From contig JASJBK010000003.1 of the NCBI GenBank assembly GCA_030066555.1, forward strand, positions 6,287-70,286: a stretch of DNA of 64,000 bases, written 5' to 3'. This document shows positions 26,840 through 38,210 of this stretch, piece by piece. Each line of letters begins with the position of its first letter. Position 1 is the stretch's first letter. The notes beneath the pieces were generated by a model. It searched no databases. It saw only the letters and a program-made list of their open reading frames with translations, and had not been told where the DNA came from. Source of the stretch: Halieaceae bacterium. Its GTDB lineage: Bacteria; Pseudomonadota; Gammaproteobacteria; Pseudomonadales; Halieaceae. The position numbers and the translations under genes were made by a program.

Positions 26840-27865
26840 ATGCCTGCTCTCACCGAGGCCCGCGAGGATGCCGGAATCCCGGCTGGCGAATCCCGCGAAG
26901 CAGACAACGCCATCGAACTGCTCGCCGGCCTGTGCAAGGCCAGCGGCGATTCGCTGCGCCTGCGCGTTCTCAAGCTGCTACGCCAGGATTCACTCGCCGT
27001 CCAGGAGCTCTGCACGCTGCTGGACATGCGCCAGCCGGCGCTGAGCCATCATCTGAAGGTGATGGCAGGCGCCGGCCTGGTTACCAGTCGGCGCGAGGGC
27101 AACACCATTTTCTACCGCCGCGCGGTACCTGAGCCCCAGTCGGCGCTGGGGCAGCTGCAGGCAGCCCTGCTGGCCAGCGTCGACGAACTGCCGCTGGAAG
27201 CCCTGCTGCGGGAACGATTGTCGGAGCTGCGCAACGAGCGCGAGCAGTCTTCAAGGACCTTCTTCCAGCAGCATGCCGATGAATTCCGCGAACAGCAGGA
27301 CCTGATTGCGAGCTACGAGCAGTACGCCGACACCGTGGCCCAGGCGCTGGCGGAAGCACCGCTGGCGCAGCGCCACACCGTACTGGAAGTAGGCCCCGGC
27401 GACGGCGACTTCCTCACCACCCTCAGCGAGGGCTTTGAACGGGTAGTGGCGCTGGATAGCGCCGAGGAAATGCTGGCCCGCTCAAAGGCCCGGGCCGCGG
27501 ATGCCGGCCTCGGCAATATCGAGTTCGTGCACGGCGACACGCGCCACCCCCGGCTCAAGGCACTGTCTGCCGACTGCATCGTGGTCAACATGGTGCTGCA
27601 CCATAACCCCTCACCGGCCGACATCCTGCAGGACCTCGCCGGCTGCCTGGCACCGGGGGGCGTGCTGCTGGTGACCGACCTCTGCCGTCACGACCAGGAC
27701 TGGGCGCGCGAGGCCTGCGGCGACCTGTGGCTGGGTTTTGAGCCCGAAGAGCTGGCCTCCTGGGCCAGCAGCGCCGGGCTTACCGAGAACGCCGGGATCT
27801 ACCTGGCACAGCGCAACGGATTTCAAGTACAGGTGCGCCTGTTTGGCCACCAATCGACAAGTTAA
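26840..27865 (+). CDS. sahR: ArsR-family HTH fused to SAM-methyltransferase-like domain; SahR-type regulator of the methionine/SAM cycle
   Basis: The N-terminus has an ArsR wHTH (LRLRVLKLLRQDSLAVQELCTLLDMRQPALSHHLKVMAGAGLVTSRREGNTIFYR). The C-terminus has class I MTase motif I (VLEVGPGDGDF). The gene sits immediately upstream of metK-ahcY-metF. Confidence 0.75.
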   Translation: MPALTEAREDAGIPAGESREADNAIELLAGLCKASGDSLRLRVLKLLRQDSLAVQELCTLLDMRQPALSHHLKVMAGAGLVTSRREGNTIFYRRAVPEPQSALGQLQAALLASVDELPLEALLRERLSELRNEREQSSRTFFQQHADEFREQQDLIASYEQYADTVAQALAEAPLAQRHTVLEVGPGDGDFLTTLSEGFERVVALDSAEEMLARSKARAADAGLGNIEFVHGDTRHPRLKALSADCIVVNMVLHHNPSPADILQDLAGCLAPGGVLLVTDLCRHDQDWAREACGDLWLGFEPEELASWASSAGLTENAGIYLAQRNGFQVQVRLFGHQSTS

Positions 27866-27875
27866 GGACTAAGCA

Positions 27876-29030
27876 ATGAGCGAGTATTCCCTTTTCACCT
27901 CCGAGTCGGTATCGGAAGGACATCCGGACAAGATGGCCGACCAGATTTCCGATGCCATCCTCGACGCCATCCTCGCCGATGACCCCCACGCGCGAGTAGC
28001 GGTGGAGACCATGGTCAAGACCGGCATGGCCATCATCGCCGGTGAAGTAACCACTTCCACCTATGTCGAGCTGGAAGATGTGGTCCGCAAGGTCATCCTC
28101 GACATCGGCTACGACAGCTCCACGGTCGGCTTTGACGGCGCGTCCTGCGCCGTTTTGAATGCCATCGGCAAGCAGTCTCCCGACATTGCCATGGGCGTGG
28201 ACGAGGGCGAAGACAAGGAGCAGGGCGCCGGTGACCAGGGCCTGATGTTCGGCTACGCCACCAGTGAAACCGACGTGCTGATGCCGGCTCCGATCTATTA
28301 CTCGCACCGCCTGGTGGAGCGCCAGGCCCACCTGCGCAAGGATGGGGTGCTGCCCTGGCTGCGCCCCGACGCCAAGAGCCAGGTCACCCTGCGCTACGAA
28401 GACGGCAAGCCGGTCGCGGTGGACGCGGTGGTACTGTCCACCCAGCACGACGAGGGCATCAGCCAGGCTGACATCCATGAAGCGATCATGGAAAACGTGA
28501 TTCGCCACGTGCTGCCCGCGGAATGGCTGCACGACGACACCCGTGTGCACATCAACCCCACCGGCCAGTTCATCATCGGCGGTCCGCTCGGCGACTGCGG
28601 CCTGACCGGCCGCAAGATCATTGTCGACACCTACGGTGGCATGGCCCGCCACGGCGGCGGCGCCTTCTCCGGCAAGGACCCCTCCAAGGTTGACCGCAGC
28701 GCCGCCTACGCCGGCCGCTACGTGGCCAAGAACATCGTCGCCGCCGGCCTCGCCGATCGCTGTGAGATCCAGGTGTCCTATGCCATCGGCGTGGCCGAGC
28801 CCACCTCGATTTCCGTCAACACCTTCGGCACCGCCACCGTGGCGGAAGACCGTATTGTCGACCTGGTGCGCGAGCACTTCGACCTGCGCCCGAAGGGCCT
28901 GATCGAGATGCTGGATCTCAAGCGCCCGATCTATTTCAACACCGCTGCCTACGGCCACTTCGGTCGCGAGGAGCCCGAATTCACCTGGGAAAAAACTGAC
29001 AAAGCTGACGCCCTGCGCGCGTCTGCCTGA
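27876..29030 (+). CDS. metK: S-adenosylmethionine synthetase
   Basis: 384-aa ORF ([24 protein letters not shown]..., [19 protein letters not shown]). Confidence 0.97.
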   Translation: MSEYSLFTSESVSEGHPDKMADQISDAILDAILADDPHARVAVETMVKTGMAIIAGEVTTSTYVELEDVVRKVILDIGYDSSTVGFDGASCAVLNAIGKQSPDIAMGVDEGEDKEQGAGDQGLMFGYATSETDVLMPAPIYYSHRLVERQAHLRKDGVLPWLRPDAKSQVTLRYEDGKPVAVDAVVLSTQHDEGISQADIHEAIMENVIRHVLPAEWLHDDTRVHINPTGQFIIGGPLGDCGLTGRKIIVDTYGGMARHGGGAFSGKDPSKVDRSAAYAGRYVAKNIVAAGLADRCEIQVSYAIGVAEPTSISVNTFGTATVAEDRIVDLVREHFDLRPKGLIEMLDLKRPIYFNTAAYGHFGREEPEFTWEKTDKADALRASA

Positions 29031-29042
29031 GGAGACACTCAC

Positions 29043-30425
<1,383 letters not shown>

Positions 30426-30445
30426 GCGAGCAGAAGGTAAAACCG

Positions 30446-31312
30446 ATGTCAGCCGCCAATATCAGCTTTGAGTTCTTTCCGCCCAAGACGGATGAAGGGC
30501 GTCGCAAATTGCTGGAAGTCACGGCGCCTGCGCTGCAGGCGCTGGGTCCGGAGTTCTTCTCCTGCACCTACGGCGCCGGCGGCTCGACCCGGGACAACAC
30601 CTTCGACATCGTCGAACAGGTTCACGGCGCCGGCTCGACTATCGCCCCGCACCTGAGTTTTGGCGGCGACAACGAAACGGCCATCGGCGAGCTGCTGGAT
30701 CGCTACGTCGCCCTCGGCGTCAACCACCTGGTGGCGCTGCGCGGCGACATGCCCTCTGGCATGGGTGGTCGCACCCAGCTGGTATACGCCAGCGAGCTGG
30801 TGCGCTTCATCCGCGAGCGCACCGGCGATCACTTTCGCATCGCCGTGGGCGCCTACCCGGAGATCCACCCGGAAAGCACCAGCTATGACAGCGATGTGCA
30901 CTATCTGAAGGGCAAATTTGACGCCGGAGCCGATATTGCGATCACCCAGTACTTCTACAATGTCGATGCCTACTTCTACTACATGGATCGCTGCCTCGAT
31001 GCCGGCATCGACAAACCGATCTTCGCCGGCGTTATGCCGATCACCAACTTCGAAAACCTGGCGCGCTTCTCGCGCAACTGTGGTGCCGAGATCCCGCGCT
31101 GGATTGCCCAGCGCATGGAAGGTTTCAAGGGCGACCCCGACAGCACCCGCGCTTTCGGCATCGAGGTGGTCACCCAGCTGTGCCAGACGCTGATGGACAA
31201 CGGCTGCCCCGGCATCCACTTCTACACCATGAACCAGCTGGAGCCGGTACAGACCATTTTCCACAACCTGCAGTTCTCAGCCCCCGCCGAGGTCAACCGC
31301 GCCTCGGCATGA
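30446..31312 (+). CDS. metF: 5,10-methylenetetrahydrofolate reductase
   Basis: 288-aa ORF (ISFEFFPPKTDEG..., LVALRGD, ITQYFYN). Confidence 0.95.
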   Translation: MSAANISFEFFPPKTDEGRRKLLEVTAPALQALGPEFFSCTYGAGGSTRDNTFDIVEQVHGAGSTIAPHLSFGGDNETAIGELLDRYVALGVNHLVALRGDMPSGMGGRTQLVYASELVRFIRERTGDHFRIAVGAYPEIHPESTSYDSDVHYLKGKFDAGADIAITQYFYNVDAYFYYMDRCLDAGIDKPIFAGVMPITNFENLARFSRNCGAEIPRWIAQRMEGFKGDPDSTRAFGIEVVTQLCQTLMDNGCPGIHFYTMNQLEPVQTIFHNLQFSAPAEVNRASA

Positions 31313-32049
31313 GCCCAGCGCCCGACGCACCGCGGTTTTTTACCGAACAGCCCCTCTCTGCGGGTGATGAGCTGGCCCTGGAAACGGGGCCCAGCCGCCA
31401 CATCGCCAGCGCCCTGCGGCTGCGCGAAGGCACACCGATACGCCTGTTCAATGGTGCGGGAGGTGAGTATCTCGCCAACATTTCCGCGATCAGCAAGCAG
31501 ACCGTGACGGTGGCCGTCAGCGAGTTCTTCCCGGAGGACCGCGAAGCCAGCCTGCCGATTACCCTGGGAGTCGGCATCAGCCGCGGTGAGCGCATGGACC
31601 TGGTGGTGCAGAAAGGCACAGAGCTCGGCGTCGCCGCTATTCAGCCCCTGGTGACCGAACGCACCGAGGTGCGACTCAAGGGGGAGCGAGAGCAGAAGAA
31701 AGTCCGTCACTGGCAACAGGTGGCCATCAGCGCCTGCGAGCAGTGCGGCCGCAATCGCCTGCCCGCGATCGCCGAACCCGCGCCATTGGCCAGGTGGCTC
31801 GAGGGTGCAGAGGCCGAGCTCAAGCTGGTCCTGCACCACCGCAGCGACCAGGGTCTCGCGGAGTCTCCGGCACCGGCATCGGTGGCCCTGCTGGTCGGCC
31901 CTGAGGGCGGCCTGTCGGCGGCGGAAATCGAGGCCGCCGAGGTCGCAGGTTTCCAGCCACTGACCCTGGGGCCGCGCGTGCTGCGCACCGAAACCGCGCC
32001 GCTGGCGGCGTTATCCATCCTGCAATTTTACTGGGGAGACATGCAGTGA
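31309..32049 (+). CDS. rsmE: 16S rRNA (uracil1498-N3)-methyltransferase
   Basis: ORF 31180..32049. Start moved to ATG 31309 (ATGA overlap with the metF stop). Contains PRFF...HIASALRLREG...RMDLVVQKGTELGV...VGPEGG. Confidence 0.9.
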   Translation: MSPAPDAPRFFTEQPLSAGDELALETGPSRHIASALRLREGTPIRLFNGAGGEYLANISAISKQTVTVAVSEFFPEDREASLPITLGVGISRGERMDLVVQKGTELGVAAIQPLVTERTEVRLKGEREQKKVRHWQQVAISACEQCGRNRLPAIAEPAPLARWLEGAEAELKLVLHHRSDQGLAESPAPASVALLVGPEGGLSAAEIEAAEVAGFQPLTLGPRVLRTETAPLAALSILQFYWGDMQ

Positions 32050-32471
32050 CTGACGCTTCGGCCACCTCCAAAACCGAGCTGATTGCCACGCTGAACAACC
32101 ACCGGCCCGCCATTATTCGCACGCTTGGCGGATACATCACCGATGTCGACGAGGGATTGTGCGTCATGGAATACGACATCAGCGAAGAGCTGTGTCACTC
32201 CACCAACGTGGTCCAGGGCGGCATCATCACAGCCATGCTGGACGCCACCATGTCCCATGCGGTCTTCGCCAACAACCGGGACGTTACCGGCCTCGCCAGC
32301 CTGGAGATCAAGGTCAGTTTCCTGGAGCCTTCCCTGGCCGGTCGCTTTACCTGTCGCGGCATCATTCGCCGGGCCGGCTACAAGATCAGCTTCCTCGAGG
32401 GCGAGTTGTACAACGCCGACGGCATTCTCACCGCCACCTCCAGCCACACCGCCAAACTGACCCGCAGCTGA
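32046..32471 (+). CDS. PaaI-family hotdog-fold thioesterase
   Basis: 141-aa ORF (NVVQGGIITAMLDATMSHA...ASLEIKVSFLEP). GTGA overlap with rsmE. Confidence 0.8.
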   Translation: MTDASATSKTELIATLNNHRPAIIRTLGGYITDVDEGLCVMEYDISEELCHSTNVVQGGIITAMLDATMSHAVFANNRDVTGLASLEIKVSFLEPSLAGRFTCRGIIRRAGYKISFLEGELYNADGILTATSSHTAKLTRS

Positions 32472-32550
32472 GCCAGGGCAGCGCAGGCGCGCTTGTAGTC
32501 GTCGCGCTCAGCCGAAATAATCGACACGGTAACCGCCGCCGGAGCCGGCC

Positions 32551-33903
32551 ATGGCCAAAGGTATCTATCACGCGCCCTGGGAGAAATCCTTCGACCGGGT
32601 GCTGACCCCGCTGGAAGCATTCATCCACCGCCAGACCACCAGCGGTGCGCTGCTGATGATCTGCGCGGTGCTGGCCCTGGTGCTGGCCAACAGTCCGCTG
32701 CAGGAGAGCTACGACAAGCTGCTGCACAAGCCAATCAGTATCGGCTTCTCCAGCGCCGTGTTCTCGCTGTCGATCCACCACTGGATCAACGAGCTGCTGA
32801 TGGCGTTTTTCTTCATGATCATCGGCCTGGAACTGAAACGCGAACTGCTGGTGGGAGAGTTGTCCTCCCCGAAGCAGGCGCTGCTGCCGATCATGGCCGC
32901 TATCGGCGGCATGGTGGTGCCGGCACTGGCTTATTACGTGCTGAACCCGACCGGCCACGCCGCCAACGGCTGGGGTATACCCATGGCCACCGATATTGCC
33001 TTTGCCATCGGCGCACTGAGCCTGATGGGCAACCGCGTGCCCAAATCGCTGATCACCTTCCTGATCGCACTTGCAATTGTCGACGATCTCGGCGCGGTGG
33101 CAGTGATCGCGCTGTTTTACACCGATGCCCTCAACTACACCGCGCTGGCCTACGTGGGCCTGTTCACCGCCATGCTGGTCAGCTTCAACCTGGGCGGCAT
33201 TCGTCACGGCCTGCCCTACGCCATGATCGGGCTGCTGCTTTGGTCTGCCATGCTGGCAAGCGGCATTCACGCCACTATTGCCGGCATCATTATCGCCTTC
33301 TCAATTCCGATTCGACCAAAGTTTGACCCGGCCCTGTTTATCGACAAAGTGCGCGACCTGACCGGGAAGATGGAGCGCTCCATCGCCGACAACCCTGACA
33401 TCATCCACAACAACCGTTTCCGCAGCCTGGTCAACAGCCTCGGTGACGGCGTTCACCTGGTGCAGGCGCCGGCCCAGCGCGCCGAGCACGGCTTCCACCT
33501 GCCGGTGGCCTACCTGGTGATCCCGATCTTCGCCCTGGCCAATGCCGGCATTCCCATCGACTTCGACGATTTCGCAGCCTACCTGGCCCACCCCATCAGC
33601 CTCGGGGTACTGGCGGGTCTGCTGGTCGGCAAGCCGCTGGGCATAGCCGGCTTCACCTGGGTGACGGTGAAACTGGGCTGGGCGCAGTTGCCCGAGGGAT
33701 TGACCATGCGCCATGTTGTCGGCGTGGGACTGCTGGGTGGCATCGGCTTCACGATGTCGATCTTTATCGCCGACCTGGGTTTCATCGACTATCACCGTGA
33801 CCTGTTGCTGGCCAAGACCGGCATCATCGCCGCGTCAGCGCTGGCGGGCCTTGGGGGTGTCGCCGTCCTGCTGACGGCACCGCGAGGAAACAGCGATGAC
33901 TGA
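32551..33903 (+). CDS. nhaA: Na+/H+ antiporter NhaA
   Basis: 450-aa polytopic ORF (FIHRQTTSGALLMICAVLALVLANSP, ...AIVDDLGAV...). Confidence 0.92.
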   Translation: MAKGIYHAPWEKSFDRVLTPLEAFIHRQTTSGALLMICAVLALVLANSPLQESYDKLLHKPISIGFSSAVFSLSIHHWINELLMAFFFMIIGLELKRELLVGELSSPKQALLPIMAAIGGMVVPALAYYVLNPTGHAANGWGIPMATDIAFAIGALSLMGNRVPKSLITFLIALAIVDDLGAVAVIALFYTDALNYTALAYVGLFTAMLVSFNLGGIRHGLPYAMIGLLLWSAMLASGIHATIAGIIIAFSIPIRPKFDPALFIDKVRDLTGKMERSIADNPDIIHNNRFRSLVNSLGDGVHLVQAPAQRAEHGFHLPVAYLVIPIFALANAGIPIDFDDFAAYLAHPISLGVLAGLLVGKPLGIAGFTWVTVKLGWAQLPEGLTMRHVVGVGLLGGIGFTMSIFIADLGFIDYHRDLLLAKTGIIAASALAGLGGVAVLLTAPRGNSDD

Positions 33904-34393
33904 GGTAAAGGTCTGGTACCTGCAGCAGACAGACCCTGGGCAGCACCTGCACACACCGAACCCGGGGGGAATTCGGGTGGAGGAGGCGACCGTCAGGCAG
34001 TTCCGCTTCAATCGCTTTCTCTACGAACTGGTCGGTGCACCCTGGCAGTGGGTGGACAAACTGTCTTGGTCCGATGCCCAGTGGCGGGCCTACGCCGAGC
34101 GTGACAGCTTGCGCACCTGGGCAGCCTGGGTGGAGGGCAGCCCCGCGGGTTACTTTGAGCTCGAGAAACGCGCCGATGGCAGCGTCGATATCTGCTATTT
34201 CGGCCTGGCACAGCCGTTTATCGGCCGTGGCCTGGGTAGCTATTTCTTAAGTTGTGCGATCGCCGAGGCCTGGGCCTGGGACGCGAACCGGGTGACCGTG
34301 AATACCTGCAGCCTCGACCACCCCTCCGCACTCGGCAACTACCAGTCCCGCGGCTTCGAGGTCTATCGCACGGAAGTGGAGCAGCGCAGTTAG
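33896..34393 (+). CDS. GNAT family N-acetyltransferase
   Basis: 165-aa ORF with the acetyl-CoA motif FIGRGLGSYFL and NYQSRGFEVY near the C-terminus. Confidence 0.8.
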   Translation: MTEVKVWYLQQTDPGQHLHTPNPGGIRVEEATVRQFRFNRFLYELVGAPWQWVDKLSWSDAQWRAYAERDSLRTWAAWVEGSPAGYFELEKRADGSVDICYFGLAQPFIGRGLGSYFLSCAIAEAWAWDANRVTVNTCSLDHPSALGNYQSRGFEVYRTEVEQRS

Positions 34394-35628
34394 TCCGCAG
34401 CCCAGCGTGCGTGACACCATTCCAGGAATCCGGTCACGGACTCCAGCGACTGGTCGGTGCGCACCGAGTGAAATACCTCGAAGGCATGCTGGGCACCCGG
34501 CAGTTCCCCGTAGGCCACCACCTGGTCCGACACCGCCCGCAGGCGGTTGGCAAAGTGCCGCGCCTCTTCCACCCACACCAGGGAATCGTGGGTTCCCTGC
34601 ACCAGGAAGGTCGGCGGTGCGTCGGCGCGTACCTGGTAGAGCGGTGAAGCCTGCTGCCAGGCCTCCCGCGCCTCACTGGCGTCAGTCTGCATGACATAGC
34701 GGGCAAGAATGTCCTCCATGGACATGGTGCCGCGAATGCCCTCACTGTCGAGGAAGTCATAGACACCGTAGAAGGGGACTGCTGCCTGCAACCGGGTATC
34801 GGCTTCTTCGAAGCCGGGCTGCCACTCTGCCAGGTTTGGGGTCAGGGCGGCTAACGCCGCCAGGTGGCCGCCCGCGGAGCCACCGGTAATGGCGAGAAAG
34901 TCCGGATTGCCGCCGTAGTCCCCGGCGTGCTCGCGTATCCAGGCGATGCTGCGCTTCACATCGATAATGTGATGCGGGAAGGCGGAATGCGGACTCAAGC
35001 GGTAATTGCAGGCGACGCAAAGCCAGCCGCGGCTGGCCAGGTGATACAGCAGTGGCTGGCCCTGCTGATGCTTGGCACCCACCATCCAGCCGCCACCGTG
35101 CACCTGCAGCAGGACCGGGTAGCCGCCTTCCCGAGGCTCTTCCGGCTCGTAGACATCCAGCGTGTTACGGACGCCGTGCTCTCCGTAGCTGATATTGCGA
35201 TGCAGCTTCACACCGGGCCGGCGCATGCTGAAAGGACGCAGCCAGTAACGGGTTTCGATCGACGCATCCAGCACATGCTGCCGTGCCAGCGGGATGTCAC
35301 CCCGGTAGTTCTTGCCCAGTGCATCACGCAGTGCAGCCTCCAGCACGGCTCTGGTATTCATGGCCTGTACATGCAGCCAGGCCAGCCCCAACCAGCTCAA
35401 CAGGAACAGGATCAGGCCCCAGCGGCCGGCTTCGCTGTCGAGGCCGTCGCCCATCGCTACCAGCAGGCTCAGCAGCAGCGACCAGGCCATGTGGAACCAG
35501 GCCAGCTCCCCGGTCAGCCAGCCGGCAAAGAACCAGGGTATGGCGCCGTAGCTCAGGCGCCGGGCCTTGACCAGGGCGGTAACAGTGCACAGCGCCAGCA
35601 GTATGGCCAGCGCAAGATAGAGGCTCAT
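34390..35628 (-). CDS. Membrane-anchored alpha/beta hydrolase (esterase/lipase, HGGG + GxSxG type)
   Basis: 412-aa ORF with N-terminal hydrophobic helices, the oxyanion motif LQVHGGGW and the nucleophile elbow TGGSAGGHLA. Convergent 4-nt overlap with the GNAT gene. Confidence 0.75.
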   Translation of the reverse strand: MSLYLALAILLALCTVTALVKARRLSYGAIPWFFAGWLTGELAWFHMAWSLLLSLLVAMGDGLDSEAGRWGLILFLLSWLGLAWLHVQAMNTRAVLEAALRDALGKNYRGDIPLARQHVLDASIETRYWLRPFSMRRPGVKLHRNISYGEHGVRNTLDVYEPEEPREGGYPVLLQVHGGGWMVGAKHQQGQPLLYHLASRGWLCVACNYRLSPHSAFPHHIIDVKRSIAWIREHAGDYGGNPDFLAITGGSAGGHLAALAALTPNLAEWQPGFEEADTRLQAAVPFYGVYDFLDSEGIRGTMSMEDILARYVMQTDASEAREAWQQASPLYQVRADAPPTFLVQGTHDSLVWVEEARHFANRLRAVSDQVVAYGELPGAQHAFEVFHSVRTDQSLESVTGFLEWCHARWAAD

Positions 35629-35736
35629 CGCAGTTCTCCTGCGGGGTTTATCGACATTTTAAGGGCGCGGGCACCCGCTTGCACCCGCCATGACAACTGC
35701 GTAACTTAGCCGCTCTTTGTGCAGGAGGTGCCGGCA

Positions 35737-36684
35737 ATGGGCGTCAAACTTGGCGTGGTCATGGACCCCATCGAGAGGGTCAACTACAAGAAAGACAGCA
35801 CCATGGCGATGCTGTGGGCGGCGGCAGACCGCGGCTGGGAACTCAACTACATGACGCCCCAGGACATTTTCCTGGACCAGGGCGAGGCCCTGGCCAGCAT
35901 GACGAAGCTCTCGGTATTCCGCGACCCCGCGCACTTCTTTGAGAAGGGCGAGACTACCACCCGGCGACTGGCGGACCTCGACGTGATCCTGATGCGCAAG
36001 GACCCCCCTTTCGACAACGAGTACGTCTATACCACTTACCTGCTGGAAGTGGCGGAGCGCCAGGGCACGCTGATCGTCAATCGCTGCGCCAGCCTCCGGG
36101 ATTGCAATGAGAAGGTGTTCGCTACCCAGTTTCCCCAGTGCTGTCCGCCCGTGCTGGTGTGCGCCGACAACGAGCGCCTGAAGGCCTTCTACGCCGAACA
36201 CGGCGACGTGATTTTCAAGCCGCTGGACGGCATGGGCGGCTCGTCCATCTTTCGGGTCAAGCCTGAAGATCCCAACCTCAACGTGATCCTCGAAACGCTG
36301 ACCGATTTCGGCCAGACCACGATCATGGCCCAGCGTTTCATCCCGGAGATTTCCGAGGGCGACAAGCGCATCCTGTTGGTCAACGGCGAAGCAATACCCT
36401 ACTGCCTCGCGAGAGTCCCGCTGGCGGGGGAAAACCGCGGCAACCTGGCGGCAGGCGGCAGCGGCGTTGCCCAGGAACTGACCGACCGCGACCGCTGGAT
36501 CGTCGAGCAGGTCGCCCCGGCGCTGAAAGAGAAAGACCTGCTGTTTGTCGGTCTCGATGTCATCGGCGACTACCTTACCGAGATCAACGTCACCAGCCCC
36601 ACCTGTATCCGCGAGATCGACGCCGCCTTTGATACCGACATTGGCGGTCAATTGATGGACTGTATAATGGAGCGACTGGCCTGA
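35737..36684 (+). CDS. gshB: Glutathione synthetase
   Basis: ORF 35719..36684. ATG 35737 (MGVKLGVVMDPIERVNYKKDSTMAML) is preceded by AGGAGG. ATP-grasp motifs are present. Confidence 0.93.
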   Translation: MGVKLGVVMDPIERVNYKKDSTMAMLWAAADRGWELNYMTPQDIFLDQGEALASMTKLSVFRDPAHFFEKGETTTRRLADLDVILMRKDPPFDNEYVYTTYLLEVAERQGTLIVNRCASLRDCNEKVFATQFPQCCPPVLVCADNERLKAFYAEHGDVIFKPLDGMGGSSIFRVKPEDPNLNVILETLTDFGQTTIMAQRFIPEISEGDKRILLVNGEAIPYCLARVPLAGENRGNLAAGGSGVAQELTDRDRWIVEQVAPALKEKDLLFVGLDVIGDYLTEINVTSPTCIREIDAAFDTDIGGQLMDCIMERLA

Positions 36685-36703
36685 GAGGTACGCTATCGCC
36701 GTA

Positions 36704-37582
36704 ATGGAGTTCGCAGAACGCCACAGCCCACAGCACGATCACCTGGGCTTTTTCGTCTTTGTTGCTTTCGCCCTGCACCTGATGCTCATCCTGGGCATCA
36801 GTTTCGCCAGGGACACGTCCGATTATCGTGCACCGCAACTGGAGGTGACGCTGGCTCAGTATCGCAGCAGCGACGCACCCGAGGACGCCCGCTTTGTCGC
36901 CCAGGCCAACCAGGCCGGCAGCGGCACCCTGGCCGAGCGCGCCGAACTCACTACCCGCCGCCAGGCCGAATTCAGCGACAACCGGATTCGCGAGTTGGGC
37001 GGCGCCCCGCGGGTCACCGAAGTGCAGCCCCAGGCGCGTGAAGACGCCATCGTCACCACCATCAACAACGCCCTCAGGCAGGTTATCCAGGAACCAGTGG
37101 AAGAAGAGCCGGAACCGGTGTTCTCCGCGGCGGTAGACCCCGAGATTCGCAAGCTGTCGGAGAGCATTGCCAGCCTCGAGGCACGTCTCGACGAGCAGCA
37201 ACAGGCCTATGCGGAACGACCTCGGGTGAAGCGCCTGACGGCGCTATCGGCCCGGGCTGCGGCGGATGCGGCCTACCTGCACAACTGGCGCACCCGGGTT
37301 GAGGCGGTGGGCAACCAGCACTACCCCAGTGCCTCACGCCAATACGGCATCTACGGCGACCTGAGACTGCTGGTCGCCATCCGCTACGACGGCACCATCG
37401 ACAATATCGAGGTGCTGTCATCCTCCGGCCACGCAGTGCTGGATGAAGCCGCCATCCGCATCGTGCGTATGGCAGCACCCTTCGAGCCGTTCCCGCCAGA
37501 GCTGCGGGAGACTACCGATATGCTCGAAATCATCCGCACGTGGAAATTCAGGAAAAACCGGCTAAGCTCAGTTAGAGGCTAG
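36704..37582 (+). CDS. tonB: TonB-family energy transducer (C-terminal TonB domain)
   Basis: 292-aa ORF with an N-terminal TM segment, a charged linker and a C-terminal domain (YPSASRQYGIYGDLRLLVAIRYDGTIDNIEVLSSSGHAVLDEAA). It follows gshB, as tonB3 does in P. aeruginosa (from memory). Confidence 0.75.
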   Translation: MEFAERHSPQHDHLGFFVFVAFALHLMLILGISFARDTSDYRAPQLEVTLAQYRSSDAPEDARFVAQANQAGSGTLAERAELTTRRQAEFSDNRIRELGGAPRVTEVQPQAREDAIVTTINNALRQVIQEPVEEEPEPVFSAAVDPEIRKLSESIASLEARLDEQQQAYAERPRVKRLTALSARAAADAAYLHNWRTRVEAVGNQHYPSASRQYGIYGDLRLLVAIRYDGTIDNIEVLSSSGHAVLDEAAIRIVRMAAPFEPFPPELRETTDMLEIIRTWKFRKNRLSSVRG

Positions 37583-37625
37583 GGGTAAGGCTACCTGCCG
37601 CCCAGCGCCGCACCGGTACCTGCCC

Positions 37626-38210
37626 ATGAACGGATTAGTAGCGCGCAGCGAATCAGGCGACAGTCTGCGCAACCACTTTTTGCTGGCCATGCCCAGCCTC
37701 ACCGACGCCATATTTGCCAACAGCGTCACCTACCTCTGTGAACACAATGAACACGGTGCCATGGGCATTGTCATCAACCAGCCCCTGGACCTCTGTGTCG
37801 AAGAGGTGCTGGAACACCTGAACCTGTCCGCCGCGGGGCGGCTGCAGGAGACCCCGGTAATGGCGGGTGGCCCGGTGCACATGGACCGTGGCTTTGTCCT
37901 GCACCGGCCGGCGCCGCGCGACTGGGAGGCGACCCTGGCGGTCACCGACGAAATCTGGCTGACCACCTCGCGGGATATTCTCGAGTCAATCGCCGATGAG
38001 GAAGGGCCGGAAGACTGCCTGGTGGCGCTGGGCTACGCCGGCTGGTCTGCGGGCCAGCTGGAAGCGGAACTCTCCGACAACAGCTGGCTGACCCTGCCGG
38101 CCGACAGCTCCATCATTTTCGACACCCCTTACCACCTGCGCATGAGCGCCGCGGCCGCACGCCTGGGCGTCGACATGAACCTGCTCTCGGGAGAGGCGGG
38201 ACACGCCTGA
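37626..38210 (+). CDS. yqgE: YqgE/AlgH family protein (UPF0301)
   Basis: 194-aa ORF (LRNHFLLAMPSLTDAIFANSVTYLCEHNEHGAMGIVINQP). Confidence 0.9.
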   Translation: MNGLVARSESGDSLRNHFLLAMPSLTDAIFANSVTYLCEHNEHGAMGIVINQPLDLCVEEVLEHLNLSAAGRLQETPVMAGGPVHMDRGFVLHRPAPRDWEATLAVTDEIWLTTSRDILESIADEEGPEDCLVALGYAGWSAGQLEAELSDNSWLTLPADSSIIFDTPYHLRMSAAAARLGVDMNLLSGEAGHA

